This document shows positions 19,002-28,786 of a stretch of DNA of 64,000 nt, piece after piece. The stretch is taken from the NCBI GenBank assembly GCA_004296455.1, contig AP018280.1, positions 5,442,794 through 5,506,793 of the forward strand, in the 5' to 3' direction. Both the position numbers and the translations under genes were made by a program. A model generated the notes under the pieces. It did not search any database and was not told where the DNA came from. It saw only the letters and a program-made list of their open reading frames with translations. Positions within the stretch are counted from its first letter, which is position 1; every line of letters starts with the position of its first letter. Origin of the DNA: Calothrix sp. NIES-4101. Its GTDB lineage: Bacteria; Cyanobacteriota; Cyanobacteriia; Cyanobacteriales; Nostocaceae.

Positions 19002-20750
19002 TCACTGCACATAGTGTTTCTTTGTATTATTTTGCTGATTTTCTACTGCTAGCCAGTTACTAGCGATGGGCATTCGCCAGCCAGTACCAAAAGCGCGATC
19101 GGTTATTTTCAATCCTGGCGGGGCTTGTCGCCGTTTAAACTCAGCACGATTTACCAGTTGAATGACTCTAGCCACTACTGTAGACTCATGTCCGGCGGCG
19201 ACGATTTGGGCAGCAGATTGATGATTGTGTATTAATCTTTGCAAAATATCATCGAGAATATCGTAGGGTGGCAGGGAATCTTGGTCAACTTGTCCGGGTT
19301 TTAATTCTGCGCTGGGGGCTTTGGTAATAATATTTTGAGGAATTGGGTTGATTATTTTCTCTGCATCTCCAAGTTCTGAGTCCCCTTGAGTTCCCCGATT
19401 ATTCAGCCAGTTACAGAGGGAATAGACACGGGTTTTGGGTACATCCGCAATAACTGCCAGCCCTCCGTTCATATCACCGTACAGGGTGCAGTAACCGACA
19501 GCCATTTCCGATTTGTTGCCTGTGGAGAGCAGCAAATAGCCGAATTTATTGGCTACTGCCATCAATAAATTACCGCGAATGCGCGATTGGATATTTTCTT
19601 CAGCGAGTCCAAACTCCGTACCTGCAAACATCCCCGCCAAGGAAGTATCGAAGGATTTCATGAGTTCGCCAATAGGGATTGTTTGGGTTTTGATGCCGAG
19701 ATTATGGCTGAGGGCGATCGCATCACTGATAGAATGGTCGGAACTGTAGGGAGATGGCATGAGAATACCCAGGACATTTTCTTTGCCTAGGGCAGCAGTA
19801 GCAATCGTCGCCACTAAGGCAGAGTCAATACCACCACTTAAACCGAGAACTGCTTTGGAAAAACGACATTTTTGGGCATAGTCACGCACACCTAAAACTA
19901 ACGCTTGCCAGATTTCTGCATCTTCGTTGGCGGGAGTCGGAATCATGGAACTTGGTTGTAAGTCACGTTTTTCGGAGTCAAATTCTAAAAAGGCTAAATC
20001 AACATCAAAGCCACGGGCACGACAAACAAGTTCGCCTTTGCGGTTGAGGGCAAAACTGTTACCATCAAAGACTAAGTCATCATTGCCGCCAACTTGGTTG
20101 GTGTAAATCATTGGTTGTTGGAAGCGAATGACGCTGTGTTTGAGCATTCTTTCGCGAAAATTTGGTTTGCCAACACTGTAGGGTGAGGCAGATAGATTGA
20201 TAATTAAATCAACACCAATAATTGCTAAATCTGCAATTGGATTAATTGCATAACTGCGTTTACCCCAAAAATCTTCATCATTCCAGAGGTCTTCACAAAT
20301 TGTTACACCAATATCAATATCATCAAGGGTGAAGTAGTTAGCTTCCAAACCTGGTTCAAAGTAACGGTGTTCATCGAAGACATCGTAGGTTGGCAAAAGA
20401 CGTTTATGAAAGATTTGTTTGACTTTACCGTTTTCAAGTAGAGCCATGCTGTTATAGAGACTTTTTCCACCATTGCTAGGGGCTTCCAAATATTCTTCGA
20501 CTGTACCGACTAATACAGCTAAATTACTTGGTAAATCGCTTGCTAATTGTTGTAATGTTGTTCCCATTGCGGCAACAAAACTAGGATTTAATAATAAGTC
20601 CCTGGGTGGATATCCGCATAATGATAGTTCTGGAGTTAATAACAATCTGGTATCTGCGGTTGCAGCTTTTTGGGCAGCAGCGAGGATTTTTTGAGCATTG
20701 CCAGATAAGTCTCCAATAATAGGGTTTAGTTGTGCGATCGCAATTTTCAT
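19002..20750 (-). CDS. nadE: Glutamine-dependent NAD+ synthetase.
   Basis: It has an N-terminal nitrilase (CN hydrolase) domain and a C-terminal NAD synthetase domain with the SGGIDS P-loop. Length is 582 aa. Confidence 0.9.
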   Translation of the reverse strand: MKIAIAQLNPIIGDLSGNAQKILAAAQKAATADTRLLLTPELSLCGYPPRDLLLNPSFVAAMGTTLQQLASDLPSNLAVLVGTVEEYLEAPSNGGKSLYNSMALLENGKVKQIFHKRLLPTYDVFDEHRYFEPGLEANYFTLDDIDIGVTICEDLWNDEDFWGKRSYAINPIADLAIIGVDLIINLSASPYSVGKPNFRERMLKHSVIRFQQPMIYTNQVGGNDDLVFDGNSFALNRKGELVCRARGFDVDLAFLEFDSEKRDLQPSSMIPTPANEDAEIWQALVLGVRDYAQKCRFSKAVLGLSGGIDSALVATIATAALGKENVLGILMPSPYSSDHSISDAIALSHNLGIKTQTIPIGELMKSFDTSLAGMFAGTEFGLAEENIQSRIRGNLLMAVANKFGYLLLSTGNKSEMAVGYCTLYGDMNGGLAVIADVPKTRVYSLCNWLNNRGTQGDSELGDAEKIINPIPQNIITKAPSAELKPGQVDQDSLPPYDILDDILQRLIHNHQSAAQIVAAGHESTVVARVIQLVNRAEFKRRQAPPGLKITDRAFGTGWRMPIASNWLAVENQQNNTKKHYVQ

Positions 20751-21103
20751 AATTTTTGGTTAATGGTTTGTGGTTATGAGTTAGTCTATTCTGATAGAAA
20801 TAAGGAATTATGATTTTTCAGCCAATATTTAATTTCTTTGCTAATAAAATAATGAACCAAATTCCGATACATATTTTCTATCACATCAGCATTTAAATCT
20901 TCTATTTTCATCTAGAAAATACGATATTTTTGAAGTCTTGAATTCATGTGATTTTAACACCTAGTTCCAACCCATTATCCTACAAGGCAATGGGCTAGAA
21001 ACTTAGTTGTTAGAAACGGGAAATTCCCCTTCTTGCCTCACTTCTGGAGAACCACTTATGTTCTCAGGTAGTGATTATCTACTATAATTCCCAATAGCTA
21101 AAC

Positions 21104-21850
21104 CTAAATAAAAACTAAAGGTTTATCCTTAAAAGGTGCAAAAGCTTCCGCATCAAACCTATATAAACTTGCCGGACGACCTGCACCACGTGATACCTTA
21201 ATTCCGGTATCGGACAAAAACCCTAATTTGAGTAGTCGGGCACGAAAATTGGAATAATCGGCAAAATTCTCACCTAAAACAGTCGTATATAACTGATATA
21301 AATCATTTAAAGTAAACATATCAGGTAATACTTCAAAAGCCACGGGACTATATTCCAATTTATTGCGTAAACGCCGATGTCCGTACGCTAAAATTTCATT
21401 GTGGTCGAATGCTAATTGTGGCACTTGCTGAACAGGATACCAGGCAATACCTGTAACTCCATCAGCAATTAATTCAGCTTCCTCAAATCTCACTAAAGCA
21501 AAATAACTTACCGATAAATACCGCACTCCATAACAATCAATTGATTCACGAGGGTCGCGTTTTGGACCGCCAAAAGTATACAATTGTTCCAAATAAAGAT
21601 TTTTAACACGAATTTTCTCCGACATAATTCGATATGCCGCATCTTCCAAAGATTCACCTTGTCGGACTAAAGTACCAGGTAGACTCCAAGAATTAGGAAA
21701 TGGTTCTTGCTGCCGCATCACTAATAAAACCATGAGCCGATTTTGGGCAGTATCTACAGAAAAAATCACATTATCAACTCCCACCTTAAAATCAGCTAAA
21801 GGTTGTTGATTTAATAAACGTGCAGGCTTGTTTGAATTGCGTCCTGGCAT
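21104..21850 (-). CDS. NUDIX-domain protein, possibly an NrtR-family regulator of NAD metabolism given its winged-helix-like C-terminal tail.
   Basis: There is a Nudix box-like GTLVRQGESLEDAAYRIMSEKIRV. The C-terminal segment ..GIKVSRGAGRPASLYRF resembles a winged-helix recognition region. It lies between nadD and nadE. Confidence 0.55.
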   Translation of the reverse strand: MPGRNSNKPARLLNQQPLADFKVGVDNVIFSVDTAQNRLMVLLVMRQQEPFPNSWSLPGTLVRQGESLEDAAYRIMSEKIRVKNLYLEQLYTFGGPKRDPRESIDCYGVRYLSVSYFALVRFEEAELIADGVTGIAWYPVQQVPQLAFDHNEILAYGHRRLRNKLEYSPVAFEVLPDMFTLNDLYQLYTTVLGENFADYSNFRARLLKLGFLSDTGIKVSRGAGRPASLYRFDAEAFAPFKDKPLVFI

Positions 21851-22407
21851 TTGTACAAATGCTGTTGATTAATATAGTCAATTACAAGTGGAGTGAGGGC
21901 ATTAGAATCACCTTGTTCCCGGTAAGATGTGGAGGATACATCTAAACCAGTTAAAGATGCGATCGCAATTTTTGCTCCTAGTTGTTGCACTCCTCGTAAA
22001 CTAGTTTCATCTATTGCATATCCTGGGCGTGGTATTACCAAAAGTTGGACTTGTCGCAACAAATCTTCAATTCGATACCACCGTGGCAACTGCATCAGCA
22101 AGTCGGAACCAACGACTACAGTATATTCAGCATTTCCCCATCGTTGCTTGGCTTTTTCCAGGGTTTCCAGAGTTCGCAAGCTGCTTAAGTCTTGCTCTAA
22201 AAATACATTACGACGGGAAGATTCCATGCCATCTATTAAGAGTCGCAGCATTCGCACGCGATGTTCCAATGAAGCTTTATGGGATTTAAACGGGTTTTCT
22301 GCTGCCCATACTGCTACTAAATCAAAACGGTACGATAACCATCTTAATATTTTTTCATGTCCGGCAGTTGGTGGATCAGCGCTAGTTCCAAATAAAGCAA
22401 TTCGCAT
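21811..22407 (-). CDS. nadD: Nicotinate-nucleotide adenylyltransferase.
   Basis: The N-terminus is MRIALFGTSADPPTAGHEKILRWL, where the (H/T)xGH motif is TAGH. The C-terminal SSTxxR-like region is present. Confidence 0.85.
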   Translation of the reverse strand: MRIALFGTSADPPTAGHEKILRWLSYRFDLVAVWAAENPFKSHKASLEHRVRMLRLLIDGMESSRRNVFLEQDLSSLRTLETLEKAKQRWGNAEYTVVVGSDLLMQLPRWYRIEDLLRQVQLLVIPRPGYAIDETSLRGVQQLGAKIAIASLTGLDVSSTSYREQGDSNALTPLVIDYINQQHLYKCQDAIQTSLHVY

Positions 22408-22484
22408 GATTTTATTTAGAGATAAAAGACGAAAAAAATAAAAAGGAAAAAAAGAAATTATTTGTCATCTTTAATCTTTACTTT

Positions 22485-23900
22485 TTATTCTCTATTACCT
22501 ATTTCTTTATTTCTGGTTTTCTGAGTTAATTCTTCTAGCTGATTAGAAATGTTTACAGGCAGACTTATCGGGTCTTGAATTCTGCGTACTTCTTCCGGTA
22601 GACTTGCTACTGTTGTGAGTGTTCGCTTTTGAATTGTTTCTATATTTTCTGGCGATCGCAAAAGCTTTCCTTGTTCCATAAATATCTCTAATAAAGGCTG
22701 CTCATTGCTTGTATTTTCATCCATTAACCCTAATCTATCTGCTGTCACTTTACCATCTACCACAGTCCTAAATATCTGCTTGCGTCCGGGATGCGTAACT
22801 TTTCCACTTGATTGTTTCATCACGGGAATATCGTCAATCTCGACTAGTTTATAAACTCCATTCACAGGCGAACCCGTTACCAATTTTGTCCCTAATCCAT
22901 AGCCATTGATTTCCGCACCCGCCGCCCTTAATCTCGCTATTTCCCATTCATCTAAATCGCCACTAGCAAAAATAGGCACATGAGGAAGATGCGATCGCAC
23001 TTGTTTTGATAGCTCAACTAAATCGCCTGAATCTAACCTCACTCCAGCTAAGTGAGTCTCACCACTATTCACCTTCAAGCCTAGTCGTTCCGCCGCCGCA
23101 ACTGTATCAAATGTATCAATTAGTAAGGGTGAACCAGGAAAATACTGATGAAAGGCGGCAAAAGCTTGATCTTCGCTTCCTTCCATTGCTGCCAGTGCCA
23201 TAACTAAAGCATGTGCCATCGTGCCACTCGGTTTCATCCCCAGTTGCAATGCAGCTAATACATTCGATGTGGCATTAAAACCCGCAGCTAAAGCTGCCCT
23301 GGCAGCCCATACTGCACCCTGGGGGCTAAATGCCCGTCGTGTCCCAAATTCCAGCAGTGTCGCCGTCTCTCCAGCAACATCACGCATTCTTGCTGCTCTT
23401 GTAGCAATCAAACTTTGGTAATTAATCACATTTAGTAAATAAGTTTCTACTAACTGCGCTTGCCACAATGGTGCTTCGATTCGCAAAAATGGTTCGTTGG
23501 CAAATACTGCTTTTCCTTCCGGCACAGCCCAGACATCACCGGTAAATTTAGCTTCTAACAACAATTGCCAAAATCTTTCCGGTGCATGGGCAAAAATTCC
23601 CGTTTGCTGTAATGCTTCAACTTGTGCGGGTGTAAATCGCAGTTTCTCCAAATATTCCAACGCCTGCGCTAAACCCATCGCAATTAAATAACCAAAACCT
23701 TCTGGCAGACGTCGCGTAAATAGCTCAAAACTGGCACGTCGTTGTTCGATTCCTTCTCCTACATAACATGCAGCCATTGTCAATTGATAAAGGTCTGTCA
23801 GCAAGGATAAGTCATCTGTTGACTGTACCAGTAATGATGGCTGAATATTCGTCTCTAAATCATTTGCCTCTAAATAGCCCAAGCCCGAAAAAGTGGTCAT
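22485..23900 (-). CDS. pncB: Nicotinate phosphoribosyltransferase. The track ORF extends to 23975, but the likely start is MTTFSGL at 23900.
   Basis: The full-length match is to the NAPRTase family (..YQLTMAACY.., ..GTRRA.., ..SGDLDE..). Confidence 0.8.
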   Translation of the reverse strand: MTTFSGLGYLEANDLETNIQPSLLVQSTDDLSLLTDLYQLTMAACYVGEGIEQRRASFELFTRRLPEGFGYLIAMGLAQALEYLEKLRFTPAQVEALQQTGIFAHAPERFWQLLLEAKFTGDVWAVPEGKAVFANEPFLRIEAPLWQAQLVETYLLNVINYQSLIATRAARMRDVAGETATLLEFGTRRAFSPQGAVWAARAALAAGFNATSNVLAALQLGMKPSGTMAHALVMALAAMEGSEDQAFAAFHQYFPGSPLLIDTFDTVAAAERLGLKVNSGETHLAGVRLDSGDLVELSKQVRSHLPHVPIFASGDLDEWEIARLRAAGAEINGYGLGTKLVTGSPVNGVYKLVEIDDIPVMKQSSGKVTHPGRKQIFRTVVDGKVTADRLGLMDENTSNEQPLLEIFMEQGKLLRSPENIETIQKRTLTTVASLPEEVRRIQDPISLPVNISNQLEELTQKTRNKEIGNRE

Positions 23901-24654
23901 TGGAAACCGCCCCTGGAGAATGCTTATAGTACTTATGGTAGTTTTCACCATAATAACTGTCAAGAGTTTGCCCAATAAACTTGTAAATTAGGTTGTTAGC
24001 GGCTTTATTGACTGATAAAAATATTATATTGATTTCTAAATTGATATTTTGTAATAGTATTTTCTCGATTAATTACTCCGAGACTATTTAAGTAACTGGA
24101 CAAAAATATTTACAGTCATTGGGTTCGCGTAACCTGTCCGAAGGACTTAAGTAATGAAGCGAAGCAATCTCAACCCTTGTGATTGCTACCCTGCGGAAAG
24201 GCTAAAAGCCCACGCTCCACACCCCTTTGGGGATTTTCAGATGATAAGTTCGACGGATTTTAGGGGCTACAAAGCTTATACATCAATGGTTCTTGAAACT
24301 AAGGCTAAAAGCCTGTTTTCACCTTTAGTTGAGAATAGAGTTAATAATTGACAAATTCACCCGTCAATTTTAGGTTGGTTGATTTCCGCCGACCTGTGCG
24401 AGGTAGTGTAAACTAGATTCGCTATTGATTATGATGATTGAAGTTAGTTTATTTGCCTAATTCTTTTGATTTTACAAAAATAAATATTAGCGAAGTGAAT
24501 ATAGGTTTATATATTAAAAAATAAGATAAGAGTTAAACTAATATTTCAGCAAGTTGAAATATATTACAAAAATAAGCAAGAGAAAATATCAGGTTTAAAT
24601 TATTAGATATCACCATGCAAGTGGTAGGACAAGAATAATAAGGGGTATGATGTT

Positions 24655-24804
24655 ATGTCAGTTTCCAAACTTTTAGCTACAATTACTCAGTTTCTTACAG
24701 AAGCTGCAATGGAAATTTTCGCTCCCGATCATGATTCGTATCCAAATATTGGCGTACAACCATTTACAGGAGAACCTTATAAGGGTAATGCAGATAATTG
24801 GTAA
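24655..24804 (+). CDS. Candidate small protein (49 aa, MSVSKLLATITQFLTEAAMEIFAPDHDSYPNIGVQPFTGEPYKGNADNW). It is not in the ORF track.
   Basis: An ATG is preceded by AAGGGG 8 nt upstream. The ORF is followed by a hairpin plus T-run terminator at 24868-24911 and preceded by an AT-rich promoter-like region. Confidence 0.35.
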   Translation: MSVSKLLATITQFLTEAAMEIFAPDHDSYPNIGVQPFTGEPYKGNADNW

Positions 24805-24867
24805 ATCATAGGTGCATAATTATAAATATTCCAGCAAAAATCTCATTTCTTTATCGTGTGTAAAAGA

Positions 24868-24911
24868 TGGTATCCTCAACTTCTAAAATCAATTGAGGAT
24901 ATCATTTTTTT
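24868..24911 (+). terminator. Intrinsic terminator-like hairpin (GGTATCCTCAA..TTGAGGATATC followed by ATTTTTTT).
   Basis: A 9-10 bp inverted repeat with a T-run, seen in the sequence. It also lies just 3' of the minus-strand membrane protein gene. Confidence 0.5.
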
Positions 24912-24923
24912 GCTTTTTGCAAA

Positions 24924-25535
24924 CTACAAGTGATCCCATTCAAATTCTGCCAGGAGCAATAAGCAAGACACCATTAATGTACCTGTAGCTAGAAATTGCC
25001 ATCCACTAAAATAAGGCAATAGAAAAATAGCGATCGCATGTAGAATTCCTGTACCAATAATAGTACGCGATCGCACTCCGAAACCAGTGCATAAATAGCC
25101 GAATGCACTCAAACCTAACCATAATGGACAAAGGTTTAACAGAACTTCTCCCCAACTAAATAGAATGCCTAAGTTGGTGACGATTACTCCTATCACCATC
25201 AAGAAAGCCCAACAGTAAAGTACCCATTCAACTTGCCGTCGCTTTACCCAATAGCTAGTCCAACTCATCATTATTCCAGTTCCCAGACAACTCAAAACAG
25301 ACCATAATGCTGCTTGTAAACTCCAACTAATAGGCAAAAATTGTGCTGTCACAAACATAGGAATTAATAACAAACTCCACAAAATAAATGCTTGGTCAAT
25401 ACGAGTATAAAAAGTTGAATAAAGCTTGATTTGTCCAATCTGCCAGTTAACTTGCCACAACCCCTCTAAATCATGAATATCTAAAGTTGACCGTTTACGT
25501 CGTAACGGAGGTACAGAATCGTTAAAAAAACTCAT
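24924..25535 (-). CDS. Hypothetical polytopic membrane protein with about 6 TM helices.
   Basis: The ORF is 203 aa, hydrophobic and W-rich. I recognise no family. Confidence 0.45.
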   Translation of the reverse strand: MSFFNDSVPPLRRKRSTLDIHDLEGLWQVNWQIGQIKLYSTFYTRIDQAFILWSLLLIPMFVTAQFLPISWSLQAALWSVLSCLGTGIMMSWTSYWVKRRQVEWVLYCWAFLMVIGVIVTNLGILFSWGEVLLNLCPLWLGLSAFGYLCTGFGVRSRTIIGTGILHAIAIFLLPYFSGWQFLATGTLMVSCLLLLAEFEWDHL

Positions 25536-26406
25536 ATTATTTAGTTTATAGCTGTATTTTTAATTAAAATTTAACTTTGCTGGCTTAAAAGGCTTAAAAG
25601 TTAAGTAGATTCTCTTATATATTTTGTTTTAGCAATGTCTCACAATTAATCTATCTATAGCTGCGAACATAGTTATTTTATATTCTGTCTATGGTGGTAG
25701 ATTCTGTGACTCTTTTTACAAAATACGCTCCGAATCAATTCACCTTATTTTTCAGTATTTAGGTCAGAGAATAGATAGAATCGGCTATAGGCTAGTCTGT
25801 GATTTAATATTTCGCGTCATATTGATCAAAATTTTGTTGTCAAAGTTTGTTAAATAATCCGTACAATTCCGGATGCGAGATTTTGCTGAGTATTTATTTG
25901 GGAATAATCACAAAAAGCATTTCTATTCATCGGAAAAATTAAAAATTGTTGTTTAAAATTCACAATTATTTGAGTTTCCTCTGTGAAGAAGAACTCATTT
26001 GCCAGAATTTAGCATCATCCCACTAGTTCAAAAGTAGAGTGATTTGATACTAGTGTAAGCTATTTTGAAGATTATGTTAAGTTTTGTAAAAATAAATAAA
26101 AAATAAAATTCTGGATGAATTTAGAGATGCGATCGCGAGTAACTATATTCAAAGTCAGGTTTATGATAATCATATTGTATAGATTCAAGCTTCTCTGCAA
26201 GCAAAAGCGAGAATCTAGTACAAAGTAAAGGGTTTGAAAAATAAAAGAAGTTATAGAAGTTCAGAATAGTCAAACAGCAAAAAAATCTGAGCTTCAAGTA
26301 GATGCTTCTTTTGGAGAATGGTTCTTTGAAATTCGCTGGTGGTGGCAAATCATCAGTGAAAATTTGCATCACCTTCCCAGCCAAGAATTAAATTAGGAGT
26401 AAAATA

Positions 26407-26814
26407 ATGTTTTGGAAATTAGCAGTTAGTGCCTTGGTATTACCAGCATACTTGGGATTTGGGGCAGTAGAAGCGCAAGCTGCGATCGCATCTCAAAAGC
26501 TTGAAGCATCAGAAAAAGTGGAAGTATTAGAAAATACTAATACAATCCAAGAAGCTCAATACATCACCAGAAACTATAACGATTGCAACTATCGATATAG
26601 AAATAATTCTGGTGGCTATTATCGCCGCAGCAATAACTACTATCGTCCCAGCCATAACAGCAACTACTACCGTCCTCAATACCGTAACAACTCCTACAAC
26701 CGTGGACACAATAACGGGTATTACGGTAACAGCTATAACCGTGGCAATAGATATAACAACCATCACAACAATTACAACAACGGATACCACGGAGGTGGTG
26801 GATATAACCACTAA
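26407..26814 (+). CDS. Secreted low-complexity protein: a signal peptide followed by a N/Y/R/G-rich region (YYR, NNY, GYYG repeats).
   Basis: AGGAG lies 8 nt upstream of the ATG. A hydrophobic N-terminus ends in AQA. The C-terminal 80 aa is almost entirely N, Y, R, G, H and S. The coding repeat also explains the spurious overlapping ORFs. Confidence 0.6.
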   Translation: MFWKLAVSALVLPAYLGFGAVEAQAAIASQKLEASEKVEVLENTNTIQEAQYITRNYNDCNYRYRNNSGGYYRRSNNYYRPSHNSNYYRPQYRNNSYNRGHNNGYYGNSYNRGNRYNNHHNNYNNGYHGGGGYNH

Positions 26815-26926
26815 TGTTGGCGAAAGTTAAGGGGGAGAGTAGGAGAAGGGAAGACGCATAGAGAGAGGTATCATCATTTTTTCTCCATGTCTCTTCATCT
26901 CCTTTTCGCTGCTTCCTATTCCTTTA

Positions 26927-27733
26927 CTATTTTCCTAAAACTTGATTCAACATAAAAGCTAGAGCGGCACTTCCTAGAGGAACCGTCAGATTATCAACTC
27001 CTAAGAAAGAGAATATCTCCAAACCAGTCGCAGCAATTGCTATCACCATTGACACAACCCAGGTTTGCCAGATATTTCCTTGGACGCTAAATAAAATTGA
27101 ACTACTAATAACATAGCTGACGAGGGTCATTGCAAGTGAACCCTCCCAGCTTTTTTGTCCACCAAAAATTGTATATTTATGTTTACCAAAACGTTGTCCA
27201 ATTAGGGCAGCGAGTCCATCACCCCAAGACATAATTAAAATACCCAATGCGGCATAATATGGTTGCTTTAAGTACCAAAAACAACCGACTAAAATTCCAA
27301 TACTAACTGAATAGAAAAACGTTCCCAAACTTTTGCGTCCAACACTATTAATACCGGGCAGAATCGGAAAACGGTAAGATAGCAAAGTGACAGTACTTGC
27401 TAAAATTGAAGCTACAATTCCCAGAATTGCCGGAATATCAAGTAGCCATGCCAGTAAAATCACATTGCCCGTGCCTATGTGAACAATCTTCCGCACAATT
27501 TCCGATTTTTTTACAGAATCGTGATTGATGGAATGATTTGCTATCCAAGCGGCAGAAATAACTAAACCAAGCCAAACTGCAACAGTGGTGATTTGTAGCC
27601 ACAGGGGATAATTGGAATCAAGACTAGTAAATATACTTATCAAAGAAGTAGTTATATCTCTAAATTTCCTAACAATTACTAATTTATAAGATTGGGTGAC
27701 AAGAATGAAGCAATCAATGATTTTGTTAATCAA
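26927..27733 (-). CDS. Polyprenol/phytol-kinase-like membrane protein (CTP-dependent kinase, CdsA/dolichol-kinase superfamily).
   Basis: The C-terminal signature is [34 protein letters not shown], matching the family pattern GDGxAxxxGxxxGKxK...KSxEGSxA. The protein is multi-pass membrane. Confidence 0.55.
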   Translation of the reverse strand: MINKIIDCFILVTQSYKLVIVRKFRDITTSLISIFTSLDSNYPLWLQITTVAVWLGLVISAAWIANHSINHDSVKKSEIVRKIVHIGTGNVILLAWLLDIPAILGIVASILASTVTLLSYRFPILPGINSVGRKSLGTFFYSVSIGILVGCFWYLKQPYYAALGILIMSWGDGLAALIGQRFGKHKYTIFGGQKSWEGSLAMTLVSYVISSSILFSVQGNIWQTWVVSMVIAIAATGLEIFSFLGVDNLTVPLGSAALAFMLNQVLGK

Positions 27734-27962
27734 GGGATATCGAATGTTTATTTCCCCGTTATTTCCACCAACATGTCGTTTTCAGCCCACCTGTTCGATG
27801 TATGCTATCCAAGCTATAGAAAGATTTGGCGCAATCAAAGGCAGTTGGTTGGCTGTTTTACGTATTCTTCGCTGTCATCCCTTCCATCCTGGAGGTTATG
27901 ATCCTATACCGGAAGTTATGGGGAGAAAGTCTTGTTCCTGTTGTGAGGAAAAGAAGGATTAG
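27705..27962 (+). CDS. yidD: Membrane protein insertion efficiency factor YidD.
   Basis: The conserved core [58 protein letters not shown] is present. Confidence 0.8.
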   Translation: MKQSMILLIKGYRMFISPLFPPTCRFQPTCSMYAIQAIERFGAIKGSWLAVLRILRCHPFHPGGYDPIPEVMGRKSCSCCEEKKD

Positions 27963-27971
27963 AGAGGAAAA

Positions 27972-28685
27972 ATGCCAAAAAGACCTTATCATAATGTCCC
28001 TATCATTGAATCACAAGAAGCACTTATAGAAATTCCCCTCGAAAAATTTGCAGTTGAAACACCTCATCCTTATGAGAAACTGGGCGCACCTTATGGCAAA
28101 CATTCACCTTATTTTTTACGTGAAGGTGTTGTAAATAGATTAATTGCAGCACAGGATTATTTACAACAAAAGTATGCTGGCTGGTATATTCAAGTATTTG
28201 ATGCTTATCGTCCTGTGGAAGTGCAGCAATTCATGGTGGATTACAGCTTTCAGCAAGCCTTAGCAGCAAGAGGACTAACAGAATCTGAGTTGACAGATAC
28301 ACAGTCTGAATATATTTGGGAAGAAGTCTATAAAATTTGGGCTGCACCAAGTTTAGATATTGCGACTCCACCCCCCCATAGTACGGGTGCTGCAATTGAT
28401 GTCACTTTAGTGGATAGTAATAATCAGATTGTGGATATGGGTTCACCGATTGATGAAATGTCCGATCGCTCAATGCCCAATTATTACATCAACACTTCTC
28501 ACCCACAAGCACTTATTTATCATCGGAATAGGCAATTACTTGCGGATGTTATGGAAAAAGCTGGCTTTCATCGTAATCCCCGCGAATGGTGGCATTTTTC
28601 ATTTGGGGATCAAATGTGGGCTTGGCAACATAATCAACTGAATCCAGATAATCTGATGACAGCAAGATATGGAAGGTTGTACTAA
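27972..28685 (+). CDS. D-alanyl-D-alanine dipeptidase (peptidase M15, VanX/DdpX-like).
   Basis: The zinc-ligand motif is PHSTGAAIDV (HxxGxAxD). A ..WWHFSFGDQ (His ligand) region is present. The protein is 237 aa. Confidence 0.8.
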   Translation: MPKRPYHNVPIIESQEALIEIPLEKFAVETPHPYEKLGAPYGKHSPYFLREGVVNRLIAAQDYLQQKYAGWYIQVFDAYRPVEVQQFMVDYSFQQALAARGLTESELTDTQSEYIWEEVYKIWAAPSLDIATPPPHSTGAAIDVTLVDSNNQIVDMGSPIDEMSDRSMPNYYINTSHPQALIYHRNRQLLADVMEKAGFHRNPREWWHFSFGDQMWAWQHNQLNPDNLMTARYGRLY

Positions 28686-28734
28686 TCCTCCAAAAGCAGG
28701 ACACTGATGATACTAATTCGCAATAATTAAAATT

Positions 28735-28786
28735 TCTCCGCCTCTCCGCCTCTCCGCCTCTCCGCCTCTCCGCCTCTCCGCGTCTC
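28735..28786. repeat. Tandem 8-mer repeat (TCTCCGCC, about 6 copies).
   Basis: Seen directly, in the convergent intergenic region between the dipeptidase and kinase genes. Confidence 0.7.

Noticed and set aside
24154-24351. 65-aa plus-strand ORF in the large intergenic region. I also considered a tmRNA or RNase P RNA here.
   Set aside because: There is no SD site and the composition is not coding-like. There are no tmRNA tag or CCA-end features, and no RNase P conserved GGAAAGUCCGG-type motif.
26527-26830. Minus-strand 94-aa and plus-strand 72-aa ORFs rich in I/V/T.
   Set aside because: They are alternative-frame artefacts of the repetitive AAC/TAC/CGT codons in the N/Y-rich gene.
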